This document shows positions 52,391-61,848 of a DNA stretch of 64,000 nucleotides, piece by piece (positions within the stretch are counted from its first letter, which is position 1; every line of letters starts with the position of its first letter). The notes beneath the pieces are model-generated. The model saw nothing but the letters and a program-made list of their open reading frames with translations, made no database searches and was not told where the DNA came from. The translations under genes and the position numbers were made by a program. Origin of the DNA: Methanocaldococcus sp. 16A (GTDB taxonomy: Archaea > AGJL01 > Methanococci > Methanococcales > Methanocaldococcaceae); NCBI GenBank assembly GCA_049860595.1, contig CP187551.1; one strand, given 5' to 3'.

Positions 52391-52951
52391 TTATTTTTCA
52401 TAAACAAAGTTAATATCTGCCTCTCTTAATGGAGGATGTTTTTTATCTTTTTCAGACAAAATAGGATTTTTTATTGGCCAATCTATGCCAATATCTTCAT
52501 CATTCCATATTATTCCTCTATCATCCTCTGGTGAATACTCTGCAGTGCATTTATAAATAATCTCCGCTTCATCACTCAAAACACAAAATCCATGTGCAAA
52601 TCCCTTTGGGATATATAGCATTCTTTTATTTTCTTCTGATAAAATAACTCCCACCCACTTTCCATAGGTTGGAGACCCCTTTCTTATATCTACGGCAACA
52701 TCAAATATCTCCCCCCTTATACACCTCACTAATTTACCTTGAGCATTAGGATTTTTTTGATAATGCAAGCCTCTCAAAACACCTTTTTTTGACTTAGAAT
52801 GATTATCTTGAACAAAGATTTCCTTAATCCCAAATTTTGAAAACTCGCTGTATTTGTAAGTTTCCATAAAAAATCCTCTTTCATCTTCAAAGACAACTGG
52901 CTCTATTAAAATAACTTCTGGAATCTCTAATCTTTTGAATTTAAAGGGCAT
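52391..52951 (-). CDS. rfbC: dTDP-4-dehydrorhamnose 3,5-epimerase
   Basis: DERGFF, QDNHS, LRGLHYQ, GFAHGF. Confidence 0.95.
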   Translation of the reverse strand: MPFKFKRLEIPEVILIEPVVFEDERGFFMETYKYSEFSKFGIKEIFVQDNHSKSKKGVLRGLHYQKNPNAQGKLVRCIRGEIFDVAVDIRKGSPTYGKWVGVILSEENKRMLYIPKGFAHGFCVLSDEAEIIYKCTAEYSPEDDRGIIWNDEDIGIDWPIKNPILSEKDKKHPPLREADINFVYEK

Positions 52952-52965
52952 TTTTTCACCATATT

Positions 52966-53952
52966 TTATATCTTTTTAACATTAACATTCAATTTTAAAC
53001 TTTGAATAGTCCCGTTTATTGCTTCTATAATTCTCATTTCAGCAGTGGTGTTGGCATAATCTCCATTGATAGGCTCTGGTAATTTAGGTCTTTCATCCTT
53101 AAACAACAAAAACCAAATTTGCCATTTTCCAGGTTTATTTATTGTGAAGGTATAATTTTTCTCCCATTGAGGAGTCCAATTACCTTCAATATTCACTGGC
53201 TTTGGAGGAAGAGTTACATTAAAATTATCTAATAAATACATATTATATATATGTGTCTTATTTGTATTAAAATCATAACTTAAATTAACCAACCAAACTT
53301 CCACATAGTAGGTAACATTTCTATATTCATGATTCACAATCCCAATAATCACTCTCCCCTCTTCACCAACAAATAACTCTGTTGGATAGTCAGCAGCTTT
53401 TCCATTGGGGCCAAGTATATAAAATTCAGTAAATTTTTCTCCTGGCTTAGGATGTGTTATAATATAGCAAAGGGTAGCTATTGAAGAGATTATTGCAATT
53501 AATAATATTACCGTTAATGCTTTATCTAATTTGCTTGCCTTATCCCACTCAAGTTCTTTTTTAAGTTTTTCAATATCAATTAGTGGAATCCATGGCTCTC
53601 TTGCTTTTGCTCTTCTATATATTGCTAAAATCCCAAATATTAAATTGAAGATAGTTAAACTAACTAATATCGGGATTAATCTTATTCCCCAAGGTGTATA
53701 ATTTAAAATTAAACCAATTAATGGCACAATTGCTATACTCAACCCAAAACTCAAAGCCAACCTTTCAATATTATCCAACTCTTTCTTTTTTGGAAATAGT
53801 GCATTTATAAATACATAACCAGGAAAGAATATAACAAATGCCATTCCCAAACCTTTCCTAACAATACTATCTGGATAATATTCAATAACAAACAACAGCA
53901 ATAATGATAAACCTATAACCACTATTAAATCCCAATACTTCTTTAAATTCAC
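52966..53952 (-). CDS. DUF1616-family membrane protein
   Basis: FFPGY..INALFP, ERLALSFGLSIA, FTEFYILGP.GKAADYP, NHE. Confidence 0.85.
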   Translation of the reverse strand: MNLKKYWDLIVVIGLSLLLLFVIEYYPDSIVRKGLGMAFVIFFPGYVFINALFPKKKELDNIERLALSFGLSIAIVPLIGLILNYTPWGIRLIPILVSLTIFNLIFGILAIYRRAKAREPWIPLIDIEKLKKELEWDKASKLDKALTVILLIAIISSIATLCYIITHPKPGEKFTEFYILGPNGKAADYPTELFVGEEGRVIIGIVNHEYRNVTYYVEVWLVNLSYDFNTNKTHIYNMYLLDNFNVTLPPKPVNIEGNWTPQWEKNYTFTINKPGKWQIWFLLFKDERPKLPEPINGDYANTTAEMRIIEAINGTIQSLKLNVNVKKI

Positions 53953-54030
53953 ATTACCACCAGCTATAATAAGTTATTACTCTAATATAAACACAAATGA
54001 ATTAAAAATTAAAAATTTATTTATAACATT

Positions 54031-54099
54031 CTAAATAAAATTGGGTTCTCTTTCTAAGATTGATAATGTTTTATTAATTTCTCTATTAAAGAATTTCAT
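54031..54099 (-). pseudogene. 5' remnant of a third archaeal ATPase paralog
   Basis: MKFFNREINKTLSILEREPNFI* resembles [24 protein letters not shown], and the upstream context GTG(C/T)TAAAAATGAAATTCTTT is shared. Confidence 0.65.
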
Positions 54100-54230
54100 T
54101 TTTAGCACTAAAAAATTTTGTATGATTTACATAATTGATGGGATACTATATAACTCTATAGTTAAATAATACCATCAACATATGTCTGAGGGGTGATATT
54201 ATAAATAAACATGCCTCTAAAAACATAATT

Positions 54231-54977
54231 TTGGGGATTTCAATTATTGCACTTGGTATATTTCTTATCTATTGGGGAGTAAATTATGAAACTATATCCT
54301 TCATAAATTTAGGTTTTGCAGGGATTTTTATTGGGATTCTTATATTGGCATTTATCCCTTCAAATTTAATAAGTTATGAAACTTATGAGTGCACTATAAA
54401 CCCTTATCTATCTTTTTTTGAAAATTTTATTAACAATCTGCCTTTAGAAGGCAATGCTATATATATCCCCCCTTATGAAAATTTACCAAAAGGTGGAACA
54501 TTTATACCTGCAAATGAAGATTTTGAAATAAACCTTGGAAATTTTGATGAAGAGATAGTTTTCTTAACAAATGTTGGAAGAGGAAAAGAAATGGGTATCT
54601 TAATTTCTCCACCTTTAGGATATAATCTTGTAAAAAAATTTGAAGAATATGCAAATATGGAATTAGATAATATTGAATTAAGTTTGGCAATATCTGCTGC
54701 TTCATCAGTTTTAAAGGCATTGGAATTAATTAATGGCATTGATTTTATAGAAGAAAATGATAAAATAGAATTAATTATAGAGAATGTTAAACCAAAGTAC
54801 TGTTACAATATTGACTGCAAAGTTTGTGAAAAAGTAAGCTGTCCAATATGCTCATCAGTATTATTTGCAATTGCAAAATCCCAAAATCAGTTAATATTAG
54901 TCGATAAATTTGAAAAGAATGAGAATTTTATTAAAATAATTATAAAAAAATTAGGAAAAATAGATGATTTTCTATAA
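54231..54977 (+). CDS. Hypothetical membrane protein (two N-terminal TM segments, C-terminal Cys cluster)
   Basis: 248-aa ORF with CKVCEKVSCPICS. True start may be ATA 54201. Confidence 0.72.
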   Translation: MGISIIALGIFLIYWGVNYETISFINLGFAGIFIGILILAFIPSNLISYETYECTINPYLSFFENFINNLPLEGNAIYIPPYENLPKGGTFIPANEDFEINLGNFDEEIVFLTNVGRGKEMGILISPPLGYNLVKKFEEYANMELDNIELSLAISAASSVLKALELINGIDFIEENDKIELIIENVKPKYCYNIDCKVCEKVSCPICSSVLFAIAKSQNQLILVDKFEKNENFIKIIIKKLGKIDDFL

Positions 54978-54993
54978 TAATTGAGGGGATAAA

Positions 54994-55233
54994 ATGAAAG
55001 TAGATTATATAATAATAGTATTCTTATCATTATGGGCTATTTTAGATGCATTGTTCTCTCCATCTGTAGATATTTTCTTTACAATACTATTAATAGGAAC
55101 TCTTATCTGCTTGGAAATTGGAGATTTCTTTATAAATAGGAGAAGTAAAGAAATCTTAAAATCAATAAGTTATTTGTTAATGGGAGTTTTTGTATTTATT
55201 GTTATAAATAAAATTTACAACATAATTAAATAG
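54994..55233 (+). CDS. Small hypothetical membrane protein (about three TM segments)
   Basis: GAGGGG RBS; hydrophobic 79 aa. Confidence 0.7.
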   Translation: MKVDYIIIVFLSLWAILDALFSPSVDIFFTILLIGTLICLEIGDFFINRRSKEILKSISYLLMGVFVFIVINKIYNIIK

Positions 55234-55604
55234 AGGAAAAATTATAAAACAACATTAGAAATAATGAATAGCTAACATAACGAACATAAAATGCACTAAC
55301 AACATTGATAAAAAGATAAATTAAAATATACTAAAATATACTTTTTTTATATTAGTTCATTATTAATTACATAAATACATAAATATGGATATTTACAATC
55401 TAAAACATAATATACAACCTTTTAATTAGAATTTAAAAATGAAGTATAAATGTCGGACATTATATTATATATTATGCAATGTATTCTACAAAATACAAAA
55501 GATTTAAATATAAGTAAATACAACAGAACATATTAATAGAATATTTTGAGTAGAATGAAGTATATCCAACGATATCGAACATCTAATAATATCGGAGGGA
55601 GATT

Positions 55605-57638
55605 ATGAGAATAGCCTCTATAATAGTATCCATATTAATAATTGTTGGAGTATTGCCTTTAAGCTTTGCCTCAAGTGAAAATGTAGCAATTATAGTGTCA
55701 AAGCCAGCAGATGCTATAGTTGCAGCACCCTATGCTAAGGCTATGGGATATATGCTTATCTACACTCCACCAGATAAGTTGTCAGATGAAGCTAAAAGAG
55801 AACTCGAAAGAAATCATATAACTAAAGTTATAATAGTTGGGGGTCCTGTTGCAGTAAGCAACAATGTAGAAAACCAGCTAAAACTTGATTTGAAATTGAA
55901 TACTGAGAGAATCTGGGGGGAGACAAGAGTTGAAACCTCCCAAAAAGTATTTGAAACCCTAATAAAAGAAAAACCAGAAATGGCAAAAAATCTCGTGATT
56001 GTTGAAGGATTTAACGAGAAGATATCACCAGTAGCTGTAAGCTTTGATGCTCCAGTCCTTTACTATGCTCCAGGTAAAGAGAAAGAAGTTGCAGAAACCT
56101 TAAAATCAGTTAAAGTAGAAAATACTGTAATCCTTGGAACTAAAATTCCAAAAGAAATACAGAAAGTTGCAACATCTGTATCAAAAAATACAATAATTGC
56201 TTATGGTAAAAATGATGAAATTATAAAAACTGCATTATCATATGTTCCTAAATTAAACCCAGAAGTTAAGGACAAGAAAGCTGCAATTGTTTATTCAGAA
56301 AAATCTGTTAATCCTATTATAAATAGTATATTACAGTTTGTTAAAGGGAATATAGGAGCAATTATTCCACTTCCTGAAAAAAATGAAAATGTAATAAAGT
56401 CTATTATAAGTAAGATAACAACCTTTACTTCAACAACTATAGTATCTACTGACACTCCTGAGATAAGTACCATAGTCTCTAACATTGCGTCTAATTTGGG
56501 TATTTCATCAGAAACTATTGCCGAAACTGGAGTTTCTGGAGGGGGAGGGGGCGGTTACTACTATACAACTCCTACTGCTCCAACTACACCACCAACACAA
56601 AAATACACGGTAATATCAATAAATAATGGAGAAAAAGTTATAAAAATTGCTGATATTGGAGATAGCAAAGAAGATGGAAATTATGTTGAAGTTATAGGAG
56701 ATACTCAAATAAAATTACCTGAAATAAAGATAATAACAAATGCTGTTGATAAAGAATATTCAATAAATGGAAATAACGTTTCAATAAAATTCGAAGGTAA
56801 TGCAAATGCACTAAACTTAATCTATCCAATAGAATTTGGAGCTGTAACCTACGGAGATAACGTTAAAGTTAACTTCTATGGTTCAAAGGCACTTGCTAAC
56901 AAAGAAATTACTTTGCATGTGATAACCAACAGACAAGAGTTAAGAGATGCAATGAACGATTTATTAAACGGAAATGCTACAACTTTAATCAATCTGTTGA
57001 ATAACAGTCCAGTTAAAATAACAAAAACAACAGATTCAAATGGAGATGCAACATTCACAGTAGCTCCACAAAACTACGGTGAAAACATAATTGTAATAAC
57101 TGAAGGTAATGGAAACATAGGAAATGATGTTACAATATTAGGTGTTGGGGGATTTGAATATCTCAAGTATAGACTATCATTAGATTTAATTAACATTATG
57201 CCAGAAGATCTTACTAACATGACAACATTAACATTTAATATGTCCTTAAATCAAACTCCATCAAACTCTGTAAGATATGGATTATTGGTAATTACAAAAG
57301 ATGGATACAAAGGTACAATAGAAGTTGTTGGAACTACACCAAATGATAAATACTTCAATGTATCAGTTGTTGGAGATAAGGGTTCAGAAACAATTGTAGA
57401 AAACTCTGATTTAATAGCATTAAATGCTTCTAAAGTAAAGAATATTGCTGATGTAATATTTGGAGATACAACAGCAGGTGCAGAATATTCAGAAATAACA
57501 ACGAATAGCACTATACAAATAAGTGTACCATTAGCAGACATTCCAGCAGGAACAGAATGTTATGCTATTGGAATAGTTTATGATACTAAGGATAAGAAAA
57601 TTGTTGCATTAAACCAAACTGAAATAACAATACAGTAA
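55605..57638 (+). CDS. Secreted surface protein: cell-wall-binding-2-like N-domain, Gly/Thr/Pro linker, methanogen extracellular (TIGR04279-like) domain
   Basis: Signal peptide, IVGGPVAVS...RIWGETRVETS (CWB2-like), linker SGGGGGGYYYTTPTAPTTPPT. Confidence 0.72.
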   Translation: MRIASIIVSILIIVGVLPLSFASSENVAIIVSKPADAIVAAPYAKAMGYMLIYTPPDKLSDEAKRELERNHITKVIIVGGPVAVSNNVENQLKLDLKLNTERIWGETRVETSQKVFETLIKEKPEMAKNLVIVEGFNEKISPVAVSFDAPVLYYAPGKEKEVAETLKSVKVENTVILGTKIPKEIQKVATSVSKNTIIAYGKNDEIIKTALSYVPKLNPEVKDKKAAIVYSEKSVNPIINSILQFVKGNIGAIIPLPEKNENVIKSIISKITTFTSTTIVSTDTPEISTIVSNIASNLGISSETIAETGVSGGGGGGYYYTTPTAPTTPPTQKYTVISINNGEKVIKIADIGDSKEDGNYVEVIGDTQIKLPEIKIITNAVDKEYSINGNNVSIKFEGNANALNLIYPIEFGAVTYGDNVKVNFYGSKALANKEITLHVITNRQELRDAMNDLLNGNATTLINLLNNSPVKITKTTDSNGDATFTVAPQNYGENIIVITEGNGNIGNDVTILGVGGFEYLKYRLSLDLINIMPEDLTNMTTLTFNMSLNQTPSNSVRYGLLVITKDGYKGTIEVVGTTPNDKYFNVSVVGDKGSETIVENSDLIALNASKVKNIADVIFGDTTAGAEYSEITTNSTIQISVPLADIPAGTECYAIGIVYDTKDKKIVALNQTEITIQ

Positions 57639-57683
57639 ATCCTAACCTTACTTTCTTTTAATTTTTTATTTTATTTTTTTTTG
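57639..57683 (+). terminator. Oligo-T archaeal terminator-like tract
   Basis: Several T runs directly after the stop codon. Confidence 0.45.
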
Positions 57684-57727
57684 TTGATTAAAAAATAGTA
57701 TTTTAAGAAATATTATGGTGATGTTTT

Positions 57728-59197
57728 ATGATAAAGAAGTTATTAATTCTATTTTCAATATTCTTAATAATTATTCCTGCTTATGCTGTATCTGACATTG
57801 AAATTACTCCAGAACATCCAAAAGTTGGAGATACTATAACAATAACTGGAAAGGCTAATCCAAATGAAGAGATACCTTGCCAAGCATGGTTTGAGATAAC
57901 TCCAATAATTTCTCCTCCATATTATGGATACATAATGGAAGATGTCGAAATTCCAATTACTCCAAATAACTTTAAAGTTATCGCTGAAAATGTGAATAAC
58001 TTAAATGTCTATGTTAAAATGGGTTTTTGGATAAAAAAAAGTGCTACTGCCAATGATGAAGGAATAGCTGTTGTTTCACAATCAAATGTTCCGCCAGGAA
58101 CTTATGAAATAAGAATTGGAGGAACAATTAAAGACCCTTCAAAACCTGTAAAACTAAAAATCATTGCATCTACAACCATAAAAGCAGATGAGAATGGTAA
58201 TTTTGAATATTCATACAGAGCAAATAACATTCCTGCTGGGACTGTTGTTCATTTGAATATTGGAGGAATTCAGAAGGATATTTTAATTGAATCAGATATT
58301 CCTACCCCTCCCCCAATAGTAACTGATAATAACACAACAAATGAAACCGTTGATAAAGAACCTCCAAAAATAACAATATTATCTCCAACGAAAAGAGAAT
58401 TTAACTACTCAAAAGTAAATTTTGATATAGTTGTTGAAGACGACTCACCTTATTCAGTTGATATTTACTTAAATGGTAATAAAATTAGTTACAATAAGAT
58501 AAATAACCACTACACTGGAACATTAACATTAAATGTTGGTGAAAATACACTTAAAATAATTGCAGTAGATAACTACAGTAACAGAAATGAAAAAATATTA
58601 CACTTAATTTATAAAAAGGCTACAACAAATAATGAAAGCTCTTTAAATGAAAAATTAGAAAGCTCATCAATAAAAGTTACAACAAATGATAATAAAAATC
58701 CTATAAAAGAAGTAAATAACAACAATCAAAACAATAAACCAAAAGAAAACATTGTAGAGGGAACAATAATAAAACATATTGGAGAAAATGCAACTTTGAT
58801 AATCCAACATGGTACAAAAATAACCAAAGATGGAGAAATACAAATTAAAGAAATACATCTCCCAAACATAACATTGGCATATTATATATCTCCAAAAGGT
58901 GCAGAATTTAGTATTCCATTAACATTAAAGGTTAAAATTGGTAATATAAAAAATAAAGAAATAAAAGTTCTCTATTATGATGAAAAATTGAAATCATGGG
59001 TAAATATTCCATACATAGTAGATAAGGAAAACAATATAGTAATAAAAATAAATAAGTCAGGTTACTACGCAATTAAAGAAAAAGAAATTAATGTTAATGA
59101 GGTTAATAAAGAACCAATATATATGCAAATCATTGAACTTATAAAAGCAGTTATAAATATAATAATACATAAAATGTTCAATTTTTTCAATTTTTAA
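57728..59197 (+). CDS. Secreted surface protein with Ig-like domains and an amphipathic C-terminal helix
   Basis: Signal peptide, [20 protein letters not shown] Ig start, Asn/Thr-rich linkers. Confidence 0.72.
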   Translation: MIKKLLILFSIFLIIIPAYAVSDIEITPEHPKVGDTITITGKANPNEEIPCQAWFEITPIISPPYYGYIMEDVEIPITPNNFKVIAENVNNLNVYVKMGFWIKKSATANDEGIAVVSQSNVPPGTYEIRIGGTIKDPSKPVKLKIIASTTIKADENGNFEYSYRANNIPAGTVVHLNIGGIQKDILIESDIPTPPPIVTDNNTTNETVDKEPPKITILSPTKREFNYSKVNFDIVVEDDSPYSVDIYLNGNKISYNKINNHYTGTLTLNVGENTLKIIAVDNYSNRNEKILHLIYKKATTNNESSLNEKLESSSIKVTTNDNKNPIKEVNNNNQNNKPKENIVEGTIIKHIGENATLIIQHGTKITKDGEIQIKEIHLPNITLAYYISPKGAEFSIPLTLKVKIGNIKNKEIKVLYYDEKLKSWVNIPYIVDKENNIVIKINKSGYYAIKEKEINVNEVNKEPIYMQIIELIKAVINIIIHKMFNFFNF

Positions 59198-59201
59198 GAT
59201 T

Positions 59202-59384
59202 TTGATTTTTTGTGCCAAAAATCTTTTTTTAGTTTGGCTTATTGGGAAAAGGAGGGGCAAATTAAAGGACATTGTTGATTTGCCATTAATAGTTCCATCT
59301 AATGACACAGCAAGGATACAGGAATGCCATTTAACAATTTATCATGTAATTTGTGAAGTAGTTGAAAAAAGGTTATTTATGTAG
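59202..59384 (+). pseudogene. gmhA: 3' remnant of phosphoheptose isomerase GmhA
   Basis: [41 protein letters not shown] is the GmhA C-terminal signature. The 5' part is missing. Confidence 0.82.
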
Positions 59385-59566
59385 TTAAGTTTATTGTATT
59401 TTGCAAAACATTTTTGCGCAATCACATATACGTCCTTTGGGCTTATAAAGTCCTTTATAAACTTTTTGACAAGATAATAATTGCTTTGGTTATAATCTTA
59501 GCAATATATGTTTTTGAAATAATTGTTTAAATAAAAAACCAAATATTTTTTGAAATAATGGAGATC

Positions 59567-59701
59567 ATGATAATTGAAGATAGGAAATCATTAGAAAATA
59601 TAATTAAAGAGTTAAAAAACCAAAATTTAAAGATAGTTTTTACAAATGGATATTTTGATATAATACATAGGGGGCATGTAGAGTATTTAAATAGTGGATA
59701 A
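59567..59701 (+). pseudogene. 5' remnant of heptose-1-phosphate adenylyltransferase (HldE domain II/RfaE2)
   Basis: Manual translation MIIEDRKSLENIIKELKNQNLKIVFTNGYFDIIHRGHVEYLNSG*. The VFTNGxFD..HxGH motif is followed by a stop. Confidence 0.82.
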
Positions 59702-59989
59702 ATATTGAAGCAGATAGATTGAAATATAATAGATAACACTAATTTAAATGAAGAAATGATTTATTTCTTATTATTACAAATTCAAAGAATGACATAACTC
59801 TTAACTACAAAAAAACGTTAAAAAAGAGGAAATGCCTTATTTAAAATTCTTAATTAATAATTAATAATGAAATATTGTCTTATGATGTTATTAATGGTAT
59901 AATTAAGCCAATATCAATAAAAAATGGTATGCCATAAAAAAGCTAATTAAGAGGCATTAATTGAGGCTGAAAGTCTCTAATTTAGTTGG

Positions 59990-60053
59990 TATATTAAATA
60001 AGGAACTTTAACACCATCCAATACAATATATTTATTCCTGCGAAAGTCCTATT
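59990..60053. repeat. Partial MJRE-like element (right end)
   Basis: ATTTATTCCTGCGAAAGTCCTATT matches the right end of the 49532-49627 element. No left TIR found. Confidence 0.6.
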
Positions 60054-60139
60054 TAAGTCTCTTCGTAATAAAGCAAAGCACACTTTATTTAATAATAATT
60101 CAATAATTTATGAACAAATCCTATAAATTTGGTGATGAT

Positions 60140-60385
60140 GTGGGTTATGAAAAAAGAGCAATTAAAGGCATTAGTTGGAATTTTTTGTTGATAATGTTGG
60201 CTGCTCCTATTGGATATGCTGTGAGAATGCTCTACTCTCATGAAATTCCTAAGTTAGAAGTAGTAGGTTTATTTTATGCAGTTTTAGATTTTTATGCCAT
60301 ATTAGGAATATTTAGGGATTTAGGATTAAGTTCAGCTTTGGTAAGATTTATACCAGAGTTTTTACATAAAAATTTAATACCCTAA
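60140..60385 (+). pseudogene. 5' fragment of a second oligosaccharide flippase
   Basis: GTG start after GGTGA; KRAIKGISWN...VGLFYAVLD...RDLGLSSALVRFIPE, stops after about 81 aa. Confidence 0.78.
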
Positions 60386-60413
60386 ATTAAAAGAAAAAGA
60401 CAATGCCTATGAT

Positions 60414-61409
60414 TCACATTTTTGGAATTTTAACTCTCCACTTCATAATAAATAACTTCTCCAAATCATTAAAATCAATTCTTTTTTTAATCTTCTTTTT
60501 TTTCTCTAAGAATTTTTTAAGATCTCTATATGCATCAATTTTTGCTTTAATAATTACTGATTTCCCTCTCAGTAAATTAATTCCTATTTGAGCCAATTCC
60601 GCTAAAATGATTAAATAGAGATGCTTAATTATATATCGATTAGGTAAATTTTTAAATAATGTTAGTGTGTAATTTCTTCCTCCATAATATACCGTAAAGT
60701 CACTTACAACTCCTCCTGTACCCCCTCTATAATGATAAACTATCGCCTTTGGACAATACCATGCTTTCCATCCTGCCCATCGTAATCTAAAAGCTAAATC
60801 AAAATCCTCATAATATGCAAAAAAGTCCTCATCAAAATATTCATCATCTATTTTAATATCCTCTAATGCTTCTCTTCTATATAAACACGCTCCAGCACAA
60901 CATCCAAATATTTCTTCTTCTTTGTTATATTTATCAACAGGTTCATAAGCTCCCCTGTTAAATCCAAGACCATTTTTTGAATATTCTATGCCTGCAGAAT
61001 CTATGAGTTCTGGATATAATCCCCAAATCATCTTTGCTTGGATACTACCTGCATCAGGATGTCTTTCTGCACATTTAATAAGCTCTTCCAAAAAATTAAG
61101 TTCCGCTTTTATATCATTATTTAAACAAACAACGTATTTGCATTCTTTATCTTCAAAAGCTTTTTGGATCCCTATATTTGTTGCTTTTGCAAATCCATAA
61201 TTTTTTGGATTTTTGATGATGATTATTTTTTCTTCTTTCATTTTATCTGCATAATTCTTTTTTATATAATCTACCGAATCATTATTGGGAGAATTATCCA
61301 CAAAAATAATTTTAAAATTTTGGTATGTTTGATTAAATAGTGAATCAAAATAATTCTTTAAAAATTTCACCCCATTATAGTTAGGAGTAACTATGTAGGT
61401 TTCTACCAT
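60414..61409 (-). CDS. GT2 glycosyltransferase
   Basis: PNYNG, VDN, NYGFAKATN, LNND, FDEDFFAYYEDFDL. Confidence 0.88.
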   Translation of the reverse strand: MVETYIVTPNYNGVKFLKNYFDSLFNQTYQNFKIIFVDNSPNNDSVDYIKKNYADKMKEEKIIIIKNPKNYGFAKATNIGIQKAFEDKECKYVVCLNNDIKAELNFLEELIKCAERHPDAGSIQAKMIWGLYPELIDSAGIEYSKNGLGFNRGAYEPVDKYNKEEEIFGCCAGACLYRREALEDIKIDDEYFDEDFFAYYEDFDLAFRLRWAGWKAWYCPKAIVYHYRGGTGGVVSDFTVYYGGRNYTLTLFKNLPNRYIIKHLYLIILAELAQIGINLLRGKSVIIKAKIDAYRDLKKFLEKKKKIKKRIDFNDLEKLFIMKWRVKIPKM

Positions 61410-61418
61410 ATCCACACC

Positions 61419-61810
61419 TCATTTTTGTAATACATGTAGTATTTTGCTATATACTTTATTAACATCTATAGAATTCATGCATTTTTTCTTATAAGGGCAG
61501 GATTTTGGATGTCCTCCCCACAAATCATAACAAGGATTATATCCAATTTGTTTCCATAAATAAATACTTTTTTTATGCAATGGAGCTTTTTCTATAGGAT
61601 TTGTTGGACCAAATATACTAATAATTTTTTCATTTACTGCTGCTGCTAAATGTATTGGACCAGAATCATTACAAATCACAGCATTACATTTTTTTAATTA
61701 AAGAGGTACTTTCTTTTAAAGAAGTTTTTCCTATAGCAGAAATACATTTAACTTCTTTTAAAATTTTATTTTCAATCTCTTTATCTGTTTTCCCCAAATT
61801 AATAAACCTA
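61419..61810 (-). pseudogene. GT9 (heptosyltransferase-like) 3' fragment with a frameshift
   Basis: GKTSLKESTSLIKK / CNAVICNDSGPIHLAAA...IFGPTNP. One extra base in the A7 run (61689-61695), and the N-terminal domain is absent. Confidence 0.78.
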
Positions 61811-61848
61811 GTCTCTTTTAAAGTATGTTTTTGAGTAGTAATATAATT

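Noticed and set aside
55234-55604. Long AT-rich intergenic region with short repeats (TAAAATATAC twice) as an origin or ncRNA
   Set aside because: No ORB boxes, cdc6 gene or stable structure; consistent with promoter DNA.
61689-61695. Phase-variable homopolymer switch in the GT9 gene
   Set aside because: The gene also lacks its N-terminal domain, so reverting the frameshift would not restore function.
25786-61810. Selenocysteine readthrough as an explanation for the broken ORFs
   Set aside because: The breaks are TAA/TAG stops, deletions or frameshifts, not in-frame TGA at Cys positions.
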